The notes under the pieces were generated by a model. That model worked only from the letters and a program-made list of their open reading frames with translations, did not search any database and had not been told where the DNA came from. A program made the translations under genes and the position numbers. DNA of 63,950 nucleotides from Octopus bimaculoides. Its lineage: Eukaryota. The stretch lies in the NCBI RefSeq assembly GCF_001194135.2, contig NC_068987.1:18264804-18328753 (forward strand). Reading direction: 5' to 3'. Shown here one piece after another: positions 36,583 to 49,674 of the stretch; within the stretch, counting starts at the first letter, position 1, and each line of letters begins with the position of its first letter.

Positions 36583-36995
36583 TGATGATGATAATTCTTT
36601 CTATGATGGGCACAAAGATTGACATTTGCAGGGCAGGGTAATAATAGTTTATTATGTCAGCCTCAGTACTCGACTAGTACTTAGCTTATTGACTCCAAAA
36701 AGATGAAAGACAATGTTGACCTCAACAGAATCTGAACTCAGAATATAAAGAGCTGAAAAAAATGCCACTAAGCATTTGTCTCACACAGTAACAATTCTGC
36801 CAGCTTACTGTCTCGATAATAATCTTTTCTACTCTAGGCACAAGACCCGAAATTTTTGGGGAGGGGATTGACCCCAGTATGCAACTGGTGCTTAATTTAT
36901 CGACCCTGAAAGGATGAAAGGCAAAGTCAACCTCGGCAGAATTTGAACTCGGAACTTAAAGACAGATGAAATACCACAAAGCAGCTGTCTTAATA
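35390..36995 (-). mobile_element. Series of four co-oriented Meta-domain-like SINEs
   Basis: About 35390-35850 (gap inside), 36370-36545, 36590-36815 and 36820-36995; each is preceded on plus by (AAT)n and (C/T)TTTCTA...GCACAA(G/A). Confidence 0.8.
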
Positions 36996-38384
36996 ATAAT
37001 GATAATGCAAAAGGAAAAATAGTGGTGGTGGGGGAATAAACAAAACCCACATAAGTACCAGAATAATAATAAGAATGTGGGTGTCGCCTTTTTATTATTT
37101 TTTTTCCTTTAGGTAGAGGAATAATTTTGTAATCTAAGAGATTAGAGACNNNNNNNNNNNNNNNNNNNNNNNNNNNNNNNNNNNNNNNNNNNNNNNNNNN
37201 NNNNNNNNNNNNNNNNNNNNNNNNNNNNNNNNNNNNNNNNNNNNNNNNNNNNNNNNNNNNNNNNNNNNNNNNNNNNNNNNNNNNNNNNNNNNNNNNNNNN
37301 NNNNNNNNNNNNNNNNNNNNNNNNNNNNNNNNNNNNNNNNNNNNNNNNNNNNNNNNNNNNNNNNNNNNNNNNNNNNNNNNNNNNNNNNNNNNNNNNNNNN
37401 NNNNNNNNNNNNNNNNNNNNNNNNNNNNNNNNNNNNNNNNNNNNNNNNNTCAAATTATTTACCGGGCAAGTACATCTCCAAAACTAAATAAAAGAAATTT
37501 TTATCTCTCACAGGGTTGGATGGTTCTACAAAGTCAACTATTTGTAATGATTAGCACAATGAATGGCTATTCTTTTTAAACTACAAATTCAAAATCTGAA
37601 AGATTACATGCATTCATAAATGTGTATTTGGGATTGATTTTATATATATATATATATATATATGTATATGTATATTTCATTTATTTTAGTTATATTTATT
37701 TTTTTATTTTATTTTCCCTGCTGTGTCTCATTGTGAGGATCTCATTTATACATAAACTACTTCCAGGCAGAATTTCTATAGTTCTTTTGTCAGATGGCGT
37801 CAGTATATCAAACATTGATGCTTTACACGTCCGGAATGCTGCATTTCATACTATATTCAATATAACGTGATCATGAGATTGCAAAACTTTTACTGACTTC
37901 ATATTGATTACAGAATATCATTATTGAAATTCTATCATTGGTAGAATATCTTTCCATCTTCATCAGCTTAGGACTTCCCTAATTATTTTAAATAGAGGCT
38001 TCTTTTTATTATTGTTGTTGTTAATGCAGTGATGCAGTTTTGAATTTACAAATAGTATTTTTGATTTATCATTTTAATATCGATTCATTCAACTAAAGTT
38101 TTTCAAGGTGCCCCAGCATGGCCATAGTCTAATGACTGAAACAAGTAAAAAGATACATACATACACACATGCATGTCCTAACAGGGCAACAGCCCTAGGG
38201 TTGGAACTACTAAGAGTAATACATATAAACACATGCATAGAATTGCATAATCGTGATCTACCTGCCCATAGTGTGCAGTCATAATCCTAACCCTATTCCT
38301 AATCTAGATCAGATCATTTCACAGCACAGACTATGAATACTGTGGTGAGTCACGCACACTAAAGTAGCACCCTATATTCTTAAT

Positions 38385-38775
38385 GTGGAGGCACAATGGC
38401 CCAGTGGTTAGGGCAGCGGACTCGCGGTCATAGGATCGCGGTTTTGATTCCCAGACCGGGCGTTGTGAGTGTTTATTGAGCGAAAACACCTAAAAGCTCC
38501 ACAAAGCTCTGGCAGGGGATGGTGGCGAACCCTGCTGTACTCTTCCACCACAACTTTCTCTCACTCTTACTTCCTGTTTCTGTTGTGCCTGTAATTCAAA
38601 GGGCCAGCCTTGTCACACTCTGTGTCACGCTGAATATCCCCGAGAACTACGTTAAAGGTACACGTGTCTGTGGAGTGCTCAGCCACTTGCACGTTAATTT
38701 CACGAGCAGGCTGTTCCGTTGATTGGATCAACTGGAACCCTCGACGTCGTAAGCGACGGAGTGCCAACAACAACA
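38385..38775 (+). mobile_element. Young tRNA-derived SINE with (AAC)n tail and an 11-bp TSD
   Basis: A box TGGCCCAGTGG, B-box-like GGTTTTGATTCC; TSD ATATTCTTAAT at 38374-38384 and 38776-38786. Confidence 0.9.
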
Positions 38776-39438
38776 ATATTCTTAATATAGTGCAAAATGG
38801 GTTTGATAGGCAATGTGCTAAAGGCATCGATGTCACTAGTCTTGGAGGGCCTGTGAAAACCGTGGACACAGTCTCTTCCTCCAAACCAGTGCAGGAAAAT
38901 TTTGTTCCCTTTTATATCAAAAGTTATTTATGCATTCAGTGTATTGCGATTTGTATCCCTTCTGCTATCAACCCACCTGGGACGACCTCTGGTTCTAAGA
39001 TACAAACTCTGTTTTAAAGTGGTCTAAATCAAAACCTTCCATCAAAATTTCATGTTAATTTATATTCCAAATACCAGTTTAATAATGATGAGTTATTTTG
39101 CTAAATAACTCAAATTATTTTAACAATTAATTGAAACAAAGTGCAGTGTTTTTATGTTTGGTTTGCAAAATTCTTGATGTGAATTCATGTGCTGAAGCAA
39201 ATTTTGTTGTGTCTTGGCAGAGTCATGATGCCAATGATAATAACATATGCACAGGTTCGATTCTAATTCTATATTGTTAGTCAGTTGGTTAACTGCCCAA
39301 CTGACTAACCAATCAATCATGTGTTTCATGTGCTGGTTTAACAATTAATCAGTTATCTGTAGGTCAAAGTTCTTTCATCGCCATTTGTGACCTTTTCTAA
39401 GTGTCTGAAAGCAGTGCCAGAAATATGGTAATTGAAGG

Positions 39439-39669
39439 CAGCAAGTTGGCAGAAATGTTAGCACGCTGGGCGAAATGCTTAGCGGTATTCCGTCTGCCGT
39501 TACGTTCTGAGTTCAAATTCTGCTGAGGTCGACTTTGCCTTTCATCCTTTTGGGGTTGATAAATTAAGTACCAGTTACGCACTGGGGTCGATGTAATTGA
39601 CTTAATCCCTCCATCTGTCCTTGTTTGTCCCCTCTATGTTTAGCCCCTTGTGGGCAATAAAGAAATAAA
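39439..39669 (+). mobile_element. Meta-domain-like SINE (type-1 tail) with an 18-bp TSD
   Basis: TSD AAATATGGTAATTGAAGG at 39421-39438 and 39670-39687; same subfamily as 19424-19643. Confidence 0.92.
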
Positions 39670-39864
39670 AAATATGGTAATTGAAGGATTAAAGTAAGTA
39701 CCTCACTGAAATAAATTCTGAGATTGATACAATCATTTGGAAACCTTGAAGGCAATATTTTCAGTGTACTTTGCAATCTAGTAACCGAAACCAGTAAAAG
39801 AATGCATATGTGTGAGTGTGTGTGTGCACATGCACATACGTGCATGTGCATGTATAGCAACATA

Positions 39865-40081
39865 CGAGGGGGTACTGAAAAGTTCCAGGTTTTGGGTTAA
39901 AGAAATTACTGGAGGATCAGTTAATTATGATTTTGTTCAATATACTCCCCTCTCAGATTCACATGCTTATTGCAGCGATCCTTCAGTTTTTCTAAGCCCT
40001 GTGAAACAACTTAGAAGTTTGGACCTCCAGCCAGGCTTTACATGATACCCTTAAAGCCAAGAATTTTCCAGCACCCCTTCA
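39865..40081. mobile_element. mariner-type MITE, 217 bp
   Basis: TA|CGAGGGGGTACTGAAAAGTTC...GAATTTTCCAGCACCCCTTCA|TA: imperfect ~21-bp TIR with TA TSDs. Confidence 0.75.
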
Positions 40082-40934
40082 TACCTCTCAACATTTCTAA
40101 CTCCCTTTCTCTTTCCTCCTCTCTCTCTCTCTAACTAAGGACTTACTAACATGTTCCATTGTAATCTCATTGCTATCACATTGCTAATACAGTAAGGTGA
40201 TTGGGGAAGGTCTTTCTACATTCTGCAATTTTGAAATGTTCATCTTGTTAATCACTGCCCCCCCCCCCACCGTTCCCTCTTTCCCAGTTGATATATTCAA
40301 AATGTCACACTAGGCGCCTGCGATTTATGACTTACTATAGCTCTGCCTCAAGAACCAATCACATCAGTCCAGTCACTCTACATTCATAAATATTCACTCC
40401 TAATCTATTACATCTTCACACTTCCATTGTCCAATGTCTAAATAGATAGATACATTGCTGCAAGATTGCTAAATTCATTTATTCAATCGCAAAATGAATT
40501 TAGCTTGTATCTTACATTCTAGCTACGTGGTACACTGACTCAATCTACTCAGGCATTATTTGTCTGAGATGAAATGAAACAAGCAGTTTGCAAATCATAG
40601 CTTTTCTCAAACAATGTCTGTCATTACAAACGATGTGCAGTAATGAACAAAAGACGCCCCCATTAGCAAGGAAGCTTTTTCTCATATATACTTACATTAT
40701 TACAGTTAATCCCTCTGTCAACTCTAAACAAGCTGACCTATCGTTAAAAGTATTTAAGCTACATGCACCCACAGTCACACACACACACAAAAACACACAC
40801 ACACACAAACGCACATGATGGACTTCTTTCAGTTTCTATTCACCAAGTCCACTCACAAAGTTTTGGTGAGCCCAGGGCTATTGTAGAAGGCACTAGCTCA
40901 AGGGGTCATGCAGATTATATATATATAGATAGAT

Positions 40935-40974
<40 letters not shown>

Positions 40975-40976
<2 letters not shown>

Positions 40977-41298
40977 AAAACTTACTGTATAAAGGTAACG
41001 CGTGCGTTATGTCGTGATACAAACAATATGAGTATATGCATATATATGTACATGTATGTATATACGTTCATCTACATGTACATATAGATACATAACTGGG
41101 TACATGACGTGGCAGCCAGAGTTTTAATGGTGGCAGCTGATGAAGGGGATGTTTCTATGTGGCCTGCTTGTTTGTTGCACCTTGTTTACCATTTTGTCCT
41201 TGTTCTTTTGCCACATCATGTACCCAGTTATGTATCTATATGTACATGTAGATGAACGTATATACATACATGTACATATATATGCATATACTTATATT

Positions 41299-41302
<4 letters not shown>
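40975..41302. mobile_element. Penelope-like insertion forming a 94-bp-arm palindrome inside (TA)n
   Basis: 41021-41114 versus 41209-41302 reverse complement, 92/94 identical, 94-nt spacer; 41115-41302 nearly identical to 115-305. Confidence 0.7.
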
Positions 41303-41361
<59 letters not shown>

Positions 41362-41885
41362 CACTGTCTTGAACTACATTGCCCAATATATCTTTCCTTT
41401 GAAACTGTACTACATGATTTGTGGGATGTTTGTTTGCTATTTCTAGCTGGTAAAATACCTGCATAGAGACTCCACTATTGACTTGTAGCTGGGTATCATT
41501 GTTACGTTTCAGTAGCACTGATATGAGTTATTGTGGTAAATAAGATAAAATAGAGAGACAGGCAGAAAGTATTTCATAGCAAAGAGGTTTTAGATGTAGC
41601 TGTCTTCAGATGCATTTATGGCAGCCAGTAGATAGTCTGATAGCCAATTGCCACTGTCAGCCTGGACATGTTTGAGCATTGTTATCTGCTGACCATTGCT
41701 GTATGTATGGGTTTCCATTTTTAGTGTATGTATTTTGAAAGGAAATGATGTAAAATGAAAACTGTAAACATTAAGAAAAATAAGTATTTCTCTACAAAAT
41801 AAAGAAAAAATGTTAATGCACTTTTTAAGTTCACAGTTGTGCGCAGCCCTGACAAAATAATAAAACACATTCTTATTATTATTGT

Positions 41886-41917
<32 letters not shown>

Positions 41918-42075
41918 CACAGACATGGTTAAGAAGTTCATTTAGCTACTATATGGATTCTGGTTCAGTCCCACTGCATGGCACCTTCAGCGTGTGTCTT
42001 CTACTGTAGCCCATGGATGACCAAAGCTTTGTAAGTACATTTGGTTTGATAGAAACTGAAAGAATCCTCTGTATG
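41918..42075 (+). mobile_element. CORE-like SINE, 5' half
   Basis: GGTTCAGTCCCACTGCATGGCACCTT...GAAACTGAAAGAATCC. Confidence 0.75.
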
Positions 42076-42124
42076 TATATATGCATGTTATCTATATAGA
42101 TATGTATGTGTTTATATTTATAAG

Positions 42125-42455
42125 TGAAGGTGCATGCCTCAGTGGTTAGAGCATTGGGCTTACATTTGTGAGGTTGAGTGTTTGATTCCCAAATCGAGCT
42201 GTGCCTTGTGTTCTTGAGCAAGGCACTTTATTTCACGTTGCTCCAGTTCACTCAGCTGTAGAAACGAGTTGCGACACCACTGGTGCCAAGCTGTATTGGC
42301 TGTTGCCTTTCCCTAGGACAACATCAGTGGTGTGAAAAGGGGAGACTGGTGTGCATGAGCAATTACTGGGCCACCACAAACAATCCTGCCTGGACTTGTG
42401 CATCAGAGGGGAACTTTCTACGTGCAATCCTTTGGTCATTCATGCCTGAAAGGGT
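42125..42455 (+). mobile_element. tRNA-derived SINE: 16413-type head and centre with a third tail type
   Basis: TTGTGTTCTTGAGCAAGGCACTTTATTTCACGTTGCTCCAGTTCACTCAGCTG is shared with 16494-16550; the downstream sequence is unrelated to the 16413 and 38385 tails. Confidence 0.8.
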
Positions 42456-42477
42456 TCTTTACCTTTATATGTGTGTG

Positions 42478-42510
<33 letters not shown>

Positions 42511-42544
42511 GTATGTATGTATGTATGTGTATATATATATATTT

Positions 42545-42733
42545 ATTCTTTTACTTGTTTCAGTCATTTGACTGCAGCCATGCTGGAGCACTGCTTTTAG
42601 TTGAACAAATCAATCCCAGGACTTATTCTTTATAAGCTTAGTACTTCTATCAGCCTCTATTTACCAGACTGCTAAGTTGCAGGGATGTAAACACACCAAC
42701 ATCAGTTGTTGAGTGATTGTAGGGGCGGGGAAA

Positions 42734-42778
<45 letters not shown>

Positions 42779-42925
42779 GACAGGCTTCTTTCAGTTTCCA
42801 TCTACCGAATCTATTCAAGGCTTTGGTCAGCCCGAGACTATAGTAGTCCACTTGCCCAAGGTGGCGCACAGTAGGACTGAACCCGGAACCATGTGGTTGG
42901 GAAGCAAGCTTCTTACCACACACCC
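42545..42925 (-). mobile_element. CORE-like SINE, full length
   Basis: Colinear with 13618-14011. Confidence 0.88.
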
Positions 42926-43024
42926 ACCTCTGTACCCAGGAGTATATAAAATCTGTTTGTGTAAGTGTGTTACTGTCTCCTTTGGTAGTTGTAAGTATCA
43001 ACACCATAATGCTCTTCATTTTTA

Positions 43025-43190
43025 ATCTTCTGTGATGACATGTCTGGCCTTGGGGAAATATTACATTGCTTGGAAACAAGCGAGGGGTTGCAACAGGATG
43101 GGCATCTGGCCATAGAAAATCATCTCAACAATTGATATCTTGCAATATCTCGGATGCAGCTGTGCATCATTAACCAACTAGAGGAGATGT
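43025..43190 (+). mobile_element. Variant-B 3' module, diverged
   Basis: GGGAAATATTACATTGCTTGGAAACAAGCGAGGGG...GGCATCTGGCCATAGAAAAT. Confidence 0.65.
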
Positions 43191-44877
43191 CCTCTTGGGG
43201 TTAAAAAAATCGCAGTAAACTCTGTTCGAATGGACAGCCATGTTGAAGTGGCTACGAACATCACTTATATGTGCATATTTATATGCATGTGTGTGTGTGT
43301 GAACATTGTACATTTGTGTGTGTGTAAATGTGTATGTAAATGTGTCTGTGTGCATGCATGTGTGTGTGTATGTGTGTGCATATAATGCTGAAGTCTTCAT
43401 AGTTTCTAAATTTGAGCTCTTCCATGTGCCTGTATCTCTGCCTTCAGTCACTTTACAGCATCTGAGCTCTTTACAGACTTTACCATTTAACATTGTTACG
43501 GTCGTTAACATACCCTTCCGTTCCGTCCCCTACCCCCCACTAATCAACCGACTCTTCTCGGCAGAATTTTTAGTTGCAGTTATAAATAAAAACGATTATA
43601 ATTGTCTGAATCTGATGGAGTTTTCTGGATATTGGTTTTAACAATCTTAAAATATTTACAGATTCGTTTACAATTAATGTAAAATTTATTACATTTTTTT
43701 TTTTATTTTCCTTTCTTTGTTTTTTTTATTCTTTTTCTTATATGGTTTTAAGTCTTGATTGTTGAACTTGCATATATATTTTTTTTTGTTTTATTTTATC
43801 TGGGGTTTTTTTTTGGTTATATACATGTATTTCTTTTTTTTCTTTTTTTTTTTTTTTCATTTTTTCATTCCTATCATAGCATAGTTCTAAGAATTCGGAC
43901 TTTGTGATTTATGATTTTATAAGCTCATTCATAATGACACCCATGCAAATATGAAATGAAAGTAACACATACTGCTGTTACAGTTGTTGTTACTATTGTT
44001 GTTGAGGTTGTTGCTGTTGTAGTTGTTGTTCCTCTGAGATTAATACATATCTTTCAACATGGCAGCTAATGTGCCTTGAAAGAAGGTGAATATTGATTCA
44101 AATATTCAAAAAAANNNNNNNNNNNNNNNNNNNNNNNNNNNNNNNNNNNNNNNNNNNNNNNNNNNNNNNNNNNNNNNNNNNNNNNNNNNNNNNNNNNNNN
44201 NNNNNNNNNNNNNNNNNNNNNNNNNNNNNNNNNNNNNNNNNNNNNNNNNNNNNNNNNNNNNNNNNNNNNNNNNNNNNNNNNNNNNNNNNNNNNNNNNNNN
44301 NNNNNNNNNNNNNNNNNNNNNNNNNNNNNNNNNNAACCTAAAATTTTTGCCAATTCAAATTTGAAGTCAAAGTTTTAATTTATTTATTAGCTTGGGCTTT
44401 TTCTGTTTGTTTTTTGGGGGAGGGGTGATTTTTTTTGTTTTGTTTTATTTTTTTAATTTTAATTCTATTAAATTCAATTTCAGTTAGTTTGTATTTTTTT
44501 TTTTAGTTTTTTTTTTTTTTCTACTTGATTCCTTCTTTTCTTTCTTTTTGTTTATGAAATAAATATCTGTTTCACAGATTTGAAAATTTCAAAGACATGT
44601 TTGCATGTGTGTATGCATATATATATATACATACACATGCATACACACATGCATCAATGGTGCAAAAAGTTTTTTAAAAAAAACATGAAGACAAGGTAAA
44701 AAAAACAAAACAAGTGAACAGGGTGTATTTAGTTGACGTCAGGAAAACTGGAACAAGTTTTTAGTTTTGAGCCTACACTCTGAAACAGAAGGAATAGATG
44801 AGGAGAGAGAATGATAAGCGTGTCTCAATTATATATTCCCTGTAATATGCGCATGCACACATGCATGCATGTATGTC

Positions 44878-44910
<33 letters not shown>

Positions 44911-45849
44911 TTATATTTGCTCTTCTGAAAAATCACTGAGCTACAAGCAGTAATGTTGTCATTTCCCCTGTTAGCAAATCATCTGCTGGCTTTGCACTTT
45001 CAAAGTCATCTGAAACAAGAGATCATTTACTGGGAAAACAGATACAGGTTAGTGACAGGAAGAGCATCCAGCTGTAAAGCAATGCCTCGGTAATCTATTC
45101 ATTTAACTCAGCATGGAATAATGAACAAATAAAAAATATTCAACTTGCTTGTCCTTGGATACCTTCAACAATTTAGCTCCAAATCATATCATTAATGAAC
45201 CAATAAATAGACCAGCATTCTTAACAATTAACCACTTTGTTTCTGTTTGCTCAATGGTATTCATTCTCTCAGAGAATATTTTGTAAAAATAATTTTTTAA
45301 AATTCTTACAAATTGTCTTGGATACTTAAATCATCATCAGCATTGCCTCATTGATCTTGTTGAGCTTCTAGATCTTATGATCTAGAATGGTCACAGACAA
45401 GCTACAGCCTGTGGGTCTTTCTGAAAGGCACACCAATGAAAAATTACCTTGAGGTTGTTTAGTAGTGTGCCCTCACCCCTGATTATGAGCCATGTTTCAT
45501 TCATCCCATTTCTCAAAGAATGGCCCCATGCCTGATCTAGAGGTATTCCAGATATGACAATCCTGCTTCGTAGGGGTATCTAGTATTATATAGTATGCTT
45601 TTTTATAATCCTTTAGCATTCAGAATACTCTTTCAGACATAATGCTTATTTATTCTCTTTGTTTTGAATTAACTGTGCTTTCTCTTGTAACTTCAAGATT
45701 TTGATGATGTGATTGTTTTATTTCTAAAATGACAGTGTTGGGTAGGTGTGAGAGGCTGGATCTGGCCAATATTGAATATGAAATGGGGAGGCTATTTGGA
45801 CTAGATGTGCCTCTGGCTCTGTAGTACAAATGTCTTGTTTTCGTAAGTG

Positions 45850-46006
45850 TTGAACTAAAATCTTCCAACAAACCTTAGCCACAATTTATGTTCTTAACAC
45901 CAGCTTAATGATAACTAAGTTATTTTACAAAATCCTTTGTTATATTTAAAATTAATTGAAAGAAACCCAGAGCATCTCAAAATAAATACGGTAACAAAAG
46001 GTTTAA
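45850..46006. mobile_element. AT-rich TTAA-type MITE fragment
   Basis: Ends GGTAACAAAAGGTTTAA; internal sequence resembles 38990-39160 and (inverted) 54590-54842. Confidence 0.45.
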
Positions 46007-46249
46007 ATGCTGCATGGTTAAGATGGTTAGGTGTGTTTTGGGCATCTAGCAGTTCAGGCTACCGCATAGAGGGTTTCTAAACATACCAGTTAGACAATTC
46101 ACTGAATAGTCATATATCTATTTTAATTACTTTATTGATGCCCATGTGGAGGGGAGGGAATACATGTACTAAACTTATGACTATAAAACACCAGGTATTA
46201 TTTTTATTGAAGTTTTTCCGAAATGTATGTTTTATTATTTAGTTGCTTT

Positions 46250-46337
46250 TTAGCTTCTAGGAGCAGGGTAGTGGTGTTGGGTAGTTTCTAAAACAAATAC
46301 TGTTGAAGCACTAAAACAAGCATATTGACACTTCTTC
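46250..46337 (-). CDS. Weak candidate alternative terminal exon (phase 2)
   Basis: Strong acceptor catttttctttttattactgtcatttcacag|G; frame KKCQYACFSASTVFVLETTQHHYPAPRS*; AATAAA on minus at 46231-46236 and 46203-46208. Confidence 0.2.
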
Positions 46338-46784
46338 CTGTGAAATGACAGTAATAAAAAGAAAAATGTGCTTTGAAAAAATCATAGTTACTACTATAAC
46401 TGTACAAAGTTTAATAAATTCTGTTATAAAATGCTATGATCAACTACTGTAAACTACAGCTGATATTGCCACACCCTAAAAGCCTCCACCTTTTGACCTG
46501 ATTTCATTTTTGTTTCAAAACTACTGAATATGCATTATTAGAATTTTAAAACAAATTATGATCAGATTATATCTTGATACTGTAAGAACAGTCATTATAA
46601 AGAAAAATGAGTTGATGAATATTTCATTTTTGTACATGGTTTGCAAGATTCTTGCTGGATGCTCAAGCGTTGAAATGTTTTGTTTGTTTCTTGGGAGGGT
46701 CATTATGCAAATAATAAGCACATGCACTGGTTCTATTTCACTTTTTTTAAATTTGTTACTTGATGCCAAGACAATACACCATAT

Positions 46785-46832
<48 letters not shown>

Positions 46833-47039
46833 TATCATCTGGCACAATCAGCAACAGAGAAAACTGGCCAACTTTGTTGTGCATGTCATGTTTTTAATTA
46901 TTTTGTTATTTAAATGACTGGATATCCTTGCTCCCCCCCAATCAATTTATAGTGTGTATTAGATGCATTTTATCATGATTAAGATCCCTTAACTGATTCA
47001 GCCAGTCATTAGAGAGCCACTCTTGATACTTTCATAGTC

Positions 47040-47460
47040 TGCTGTCGCCACTGGCATAACAGATTCACTGTGTTGTGGCCTGTCCAGTCCTTGGTGTTGT
47101 CAAACCAGAATTTTCTCTGTCTGCCTATCTCTAGGTATTCTTCAACTGTACACTGAAGAATAATTTTGGACAAGGAGTTGTGCTGGGACACATGATCACA
47201 TGTCTTTTTACCTGCACAAGAAGTGGTTCCTGTCCAGCATATCTATTCACTTGCTGCCTGACAAAGTTGTTCATTTTGTGTTCTGTGAACAGAATGTGTA
47301 GCAACCTTCTGAAGCACTTGTATTCTTCACTCTGTTCCAGCTGTAACAGTCCAGTTTTCACATCCATACAGAAGGATCGAAGTCACTCTGAATCTTGTTT
47401 GAAAACTAACGGAATTGCTTTTCCAAATAGTGTTCAGCTTCATCATGTCAGCAGAGGCTA
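47040..47460 (-). pseudogene. RTE-clade LINE ORF C-terminal relic
   Basis: Frameshifted EYKCFRRLLHILFTEHKMNNFVRQQVNRYAGQEPLL...HNSLSKIILQCTVE...GRQRKFWFDNTKDWTG. Confidence 0.8.
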
Positions 47461-47809
47461 AACTGCTTGTTACCTTGTTGGTGTTACCTTCTTTTTTATC
47501 TTACTGTTAGGAGAGTATTGTAGTTCGCTTGAAGCATTGTGTATTGTTTGTAAAGAATAAAAAGTTTTGAATGGTACAACAATGCACTATAATACAAAAA
47601 ATGGACTATATACCTGTTGTAATTTAGTTATCTATAGTCCGATGATATTTCAGAATACAATTCCTTCTTCAGATATTCTTAGATGGAGTCTCTGCTATTA
47701 TCTGTTGCTATTTTCTTTTTTTATCATGCTACTTGTTGTTACCTTCATTTTTATCATGCCACTGACTCCAAAACAGATTCTTGTAACAAGACAGCTGTAA
47801 ATGCTTGTA

Positions 47810-48020
47810 AACGAGTATCATCATCATACAACCGAGCGGTTGTTTGTTTCCAGTCTTACATGAAAAACCTGTCTAGCTTTGGGAAAAACATTACCTTGCT
47901 TGGAAACAAGTGAGGGTTGGTGACAGGAACAACATCCAGCTGTAGAATATTTGCCTCAGAAAATTCCATCTGACCCATGCAAGTGTGGAAAAGTAGATGT
48001 CAAATGATGACAATTATGAA
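47810..48020 (+). mobile_element. Variant-B 3' module
   Basis: CATTACCTTGCTTGGAAACAAGTGAGGGTTGGTGACAGGAACAACATCCAGCTGTAG...GACCCATGCAAGTGTGGAAAAG. Confidence 0.75.
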
Positions 48021-48463
48021 ATGCACCTCTTTTATCTGTTTAGTAATAACCCTGTGTGTGTGTGTGTTTTATTTTAGTCATGCACACGTTTTTCAGGGAA
48101 TTTAATAATTATCATAGCGTTATCATACTTTAGTTCTCACTTGTAGAAACTGACAGAAAGCAGGTACAAAAGAAGAGTCTGTTAATATATTTCATAAGTT
48201 GAAATATTGATTTAAATAGTGAAAAGGAACGGGGGTATTTGGCTTCTAACTATTGGACCATGGATGAATGGTGTAAATGATTTATAACTTCTGATTCCAT
48301 GGTGGATGGTTCCAAATAATTTTTAGAACGTTTTAAAACGGATGTGTTGAAGCGAGTCTTAAAAGTTTCTCCCCAACTCTTTCTCTCTCAAATACATATA
48401 TATCAATCTTGCTCTTATTCCCTCTTTCTCCCTCTCCCTCTCTCTATATATATGGGTAGGTGG

Positions 48464-48501
<38 letters not shown>

Positions 48502-48981
48502 CCATACTGACACATTCACAGAGGCATACTCAACTCAAAGTGTTTCAATTTACGTCTTATTCAATTTCACAGTTTTTTTTTTGCTTGTTTTTGCTTTTGG
48601 GGTTTTTTTTTTTTTTGTTTGTAAGAAATTAATGGTAAAAATAAACTTCAACTTCAGTTGATTTATCCAACTTTACGTTGGTCTCACCAAACATTTAAAA
48701 GCATTACAAAATGTTTTTTAAAATGCCTTGTATCCAACACTGTAGTTGCAAAATCAAATAAGATACATGTGAAAATATGTACAAATCATTTATCAAAACA
48801 TATGTGCTAATATAAAACAGTTGTATACTGTCAACTCAATGTGACAGTCCCAATAAGGGAATCATACTGCTGCTATTTAGCCCTAGGAAGCTGGACTGCT
48901 TCCTGTTGGCCTTGACACATTTCCTGTGTCCTTATATTTGCGAGGGGGAGACACACATAAATATATACATATATAAATATA

Positions 48982-49158
48982 CGACAGGCTTCTTTCAGTT
49001 TCCATCTACCAAATCTACTCACAAGGTTTTGGTTGGTTTAAGACTATAGTAGAAGACACTTACTCAAGGTGTCAAGCAGTGGGACTGAACCCGGAACCAT
49101 GTGATTGGGAAGCAAGTTTCTTACCACACAGTTACACTTGTGCATACGTATGTACGTG

Positions 49159-49205
<47 letters not shown>

Positions 49206-49367
49206 TACATACATATATAAACAGGCTTCTTTCAGTTTCCATCTACCAAATCCACTCACATGGTTGGGCCGAGGCTATATTGGAAGACACTTGCCCAAGG
49301 TACCTCACTGCGAGACTGTACCTGGAACCATGTGCTTGGGAAGCAAGCATCTTACCACACAGTTACA

Positions 49368-49368
<1 letters not shown>
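48982..49368 (-). mobile_element. Two tandem CORE-like SINE 5' halves
   Basis: 48982-49138 and 49221-49368, separated by (TA)n; both end CCACACAGTTACA. Confidence 0.8.
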
Positions 49369-49398
<30 letters not shown>

Positions 49399-49561
49399 AT
49401 GTATATACATGCATATAGACAGACACACACACACATACATACAAGTTTTTAATATAGTTATACATTTTATTTTTTACTTGCTTTTCCAAATTTCTTTTTA
49501 TGCATAAAATCTATGACAAATATTTGAGAGAGAGAGAAAGAGACGGAGAGAAGGCATGCAT

Positions 49562-49593
<32 letters not shown>

Positions 49594-49674
49594 TGCTTGT
49601 TTTGTACTATTGTGTTCATCTGTTAGTTTTTTTTCATATTTATATATACATGCTACTGTTTTTGTTGCTGCTAT

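Noticed and set aside
38567-39017. ORFs 38664-39017 (+) and 38567-38884 (-)
   Set aside because: About half of each lies in a SINE tail bounded by a TSD; no recognisable domain.
48257-48303. Imperfect ~47-nt hairpin (ACCATGGA...TCCATGGT), miRNA-like
   Set aside because: Too short and bulged for a typical precursor, and likely by chance in AT-rich DNA; small-RNA data would be needed.
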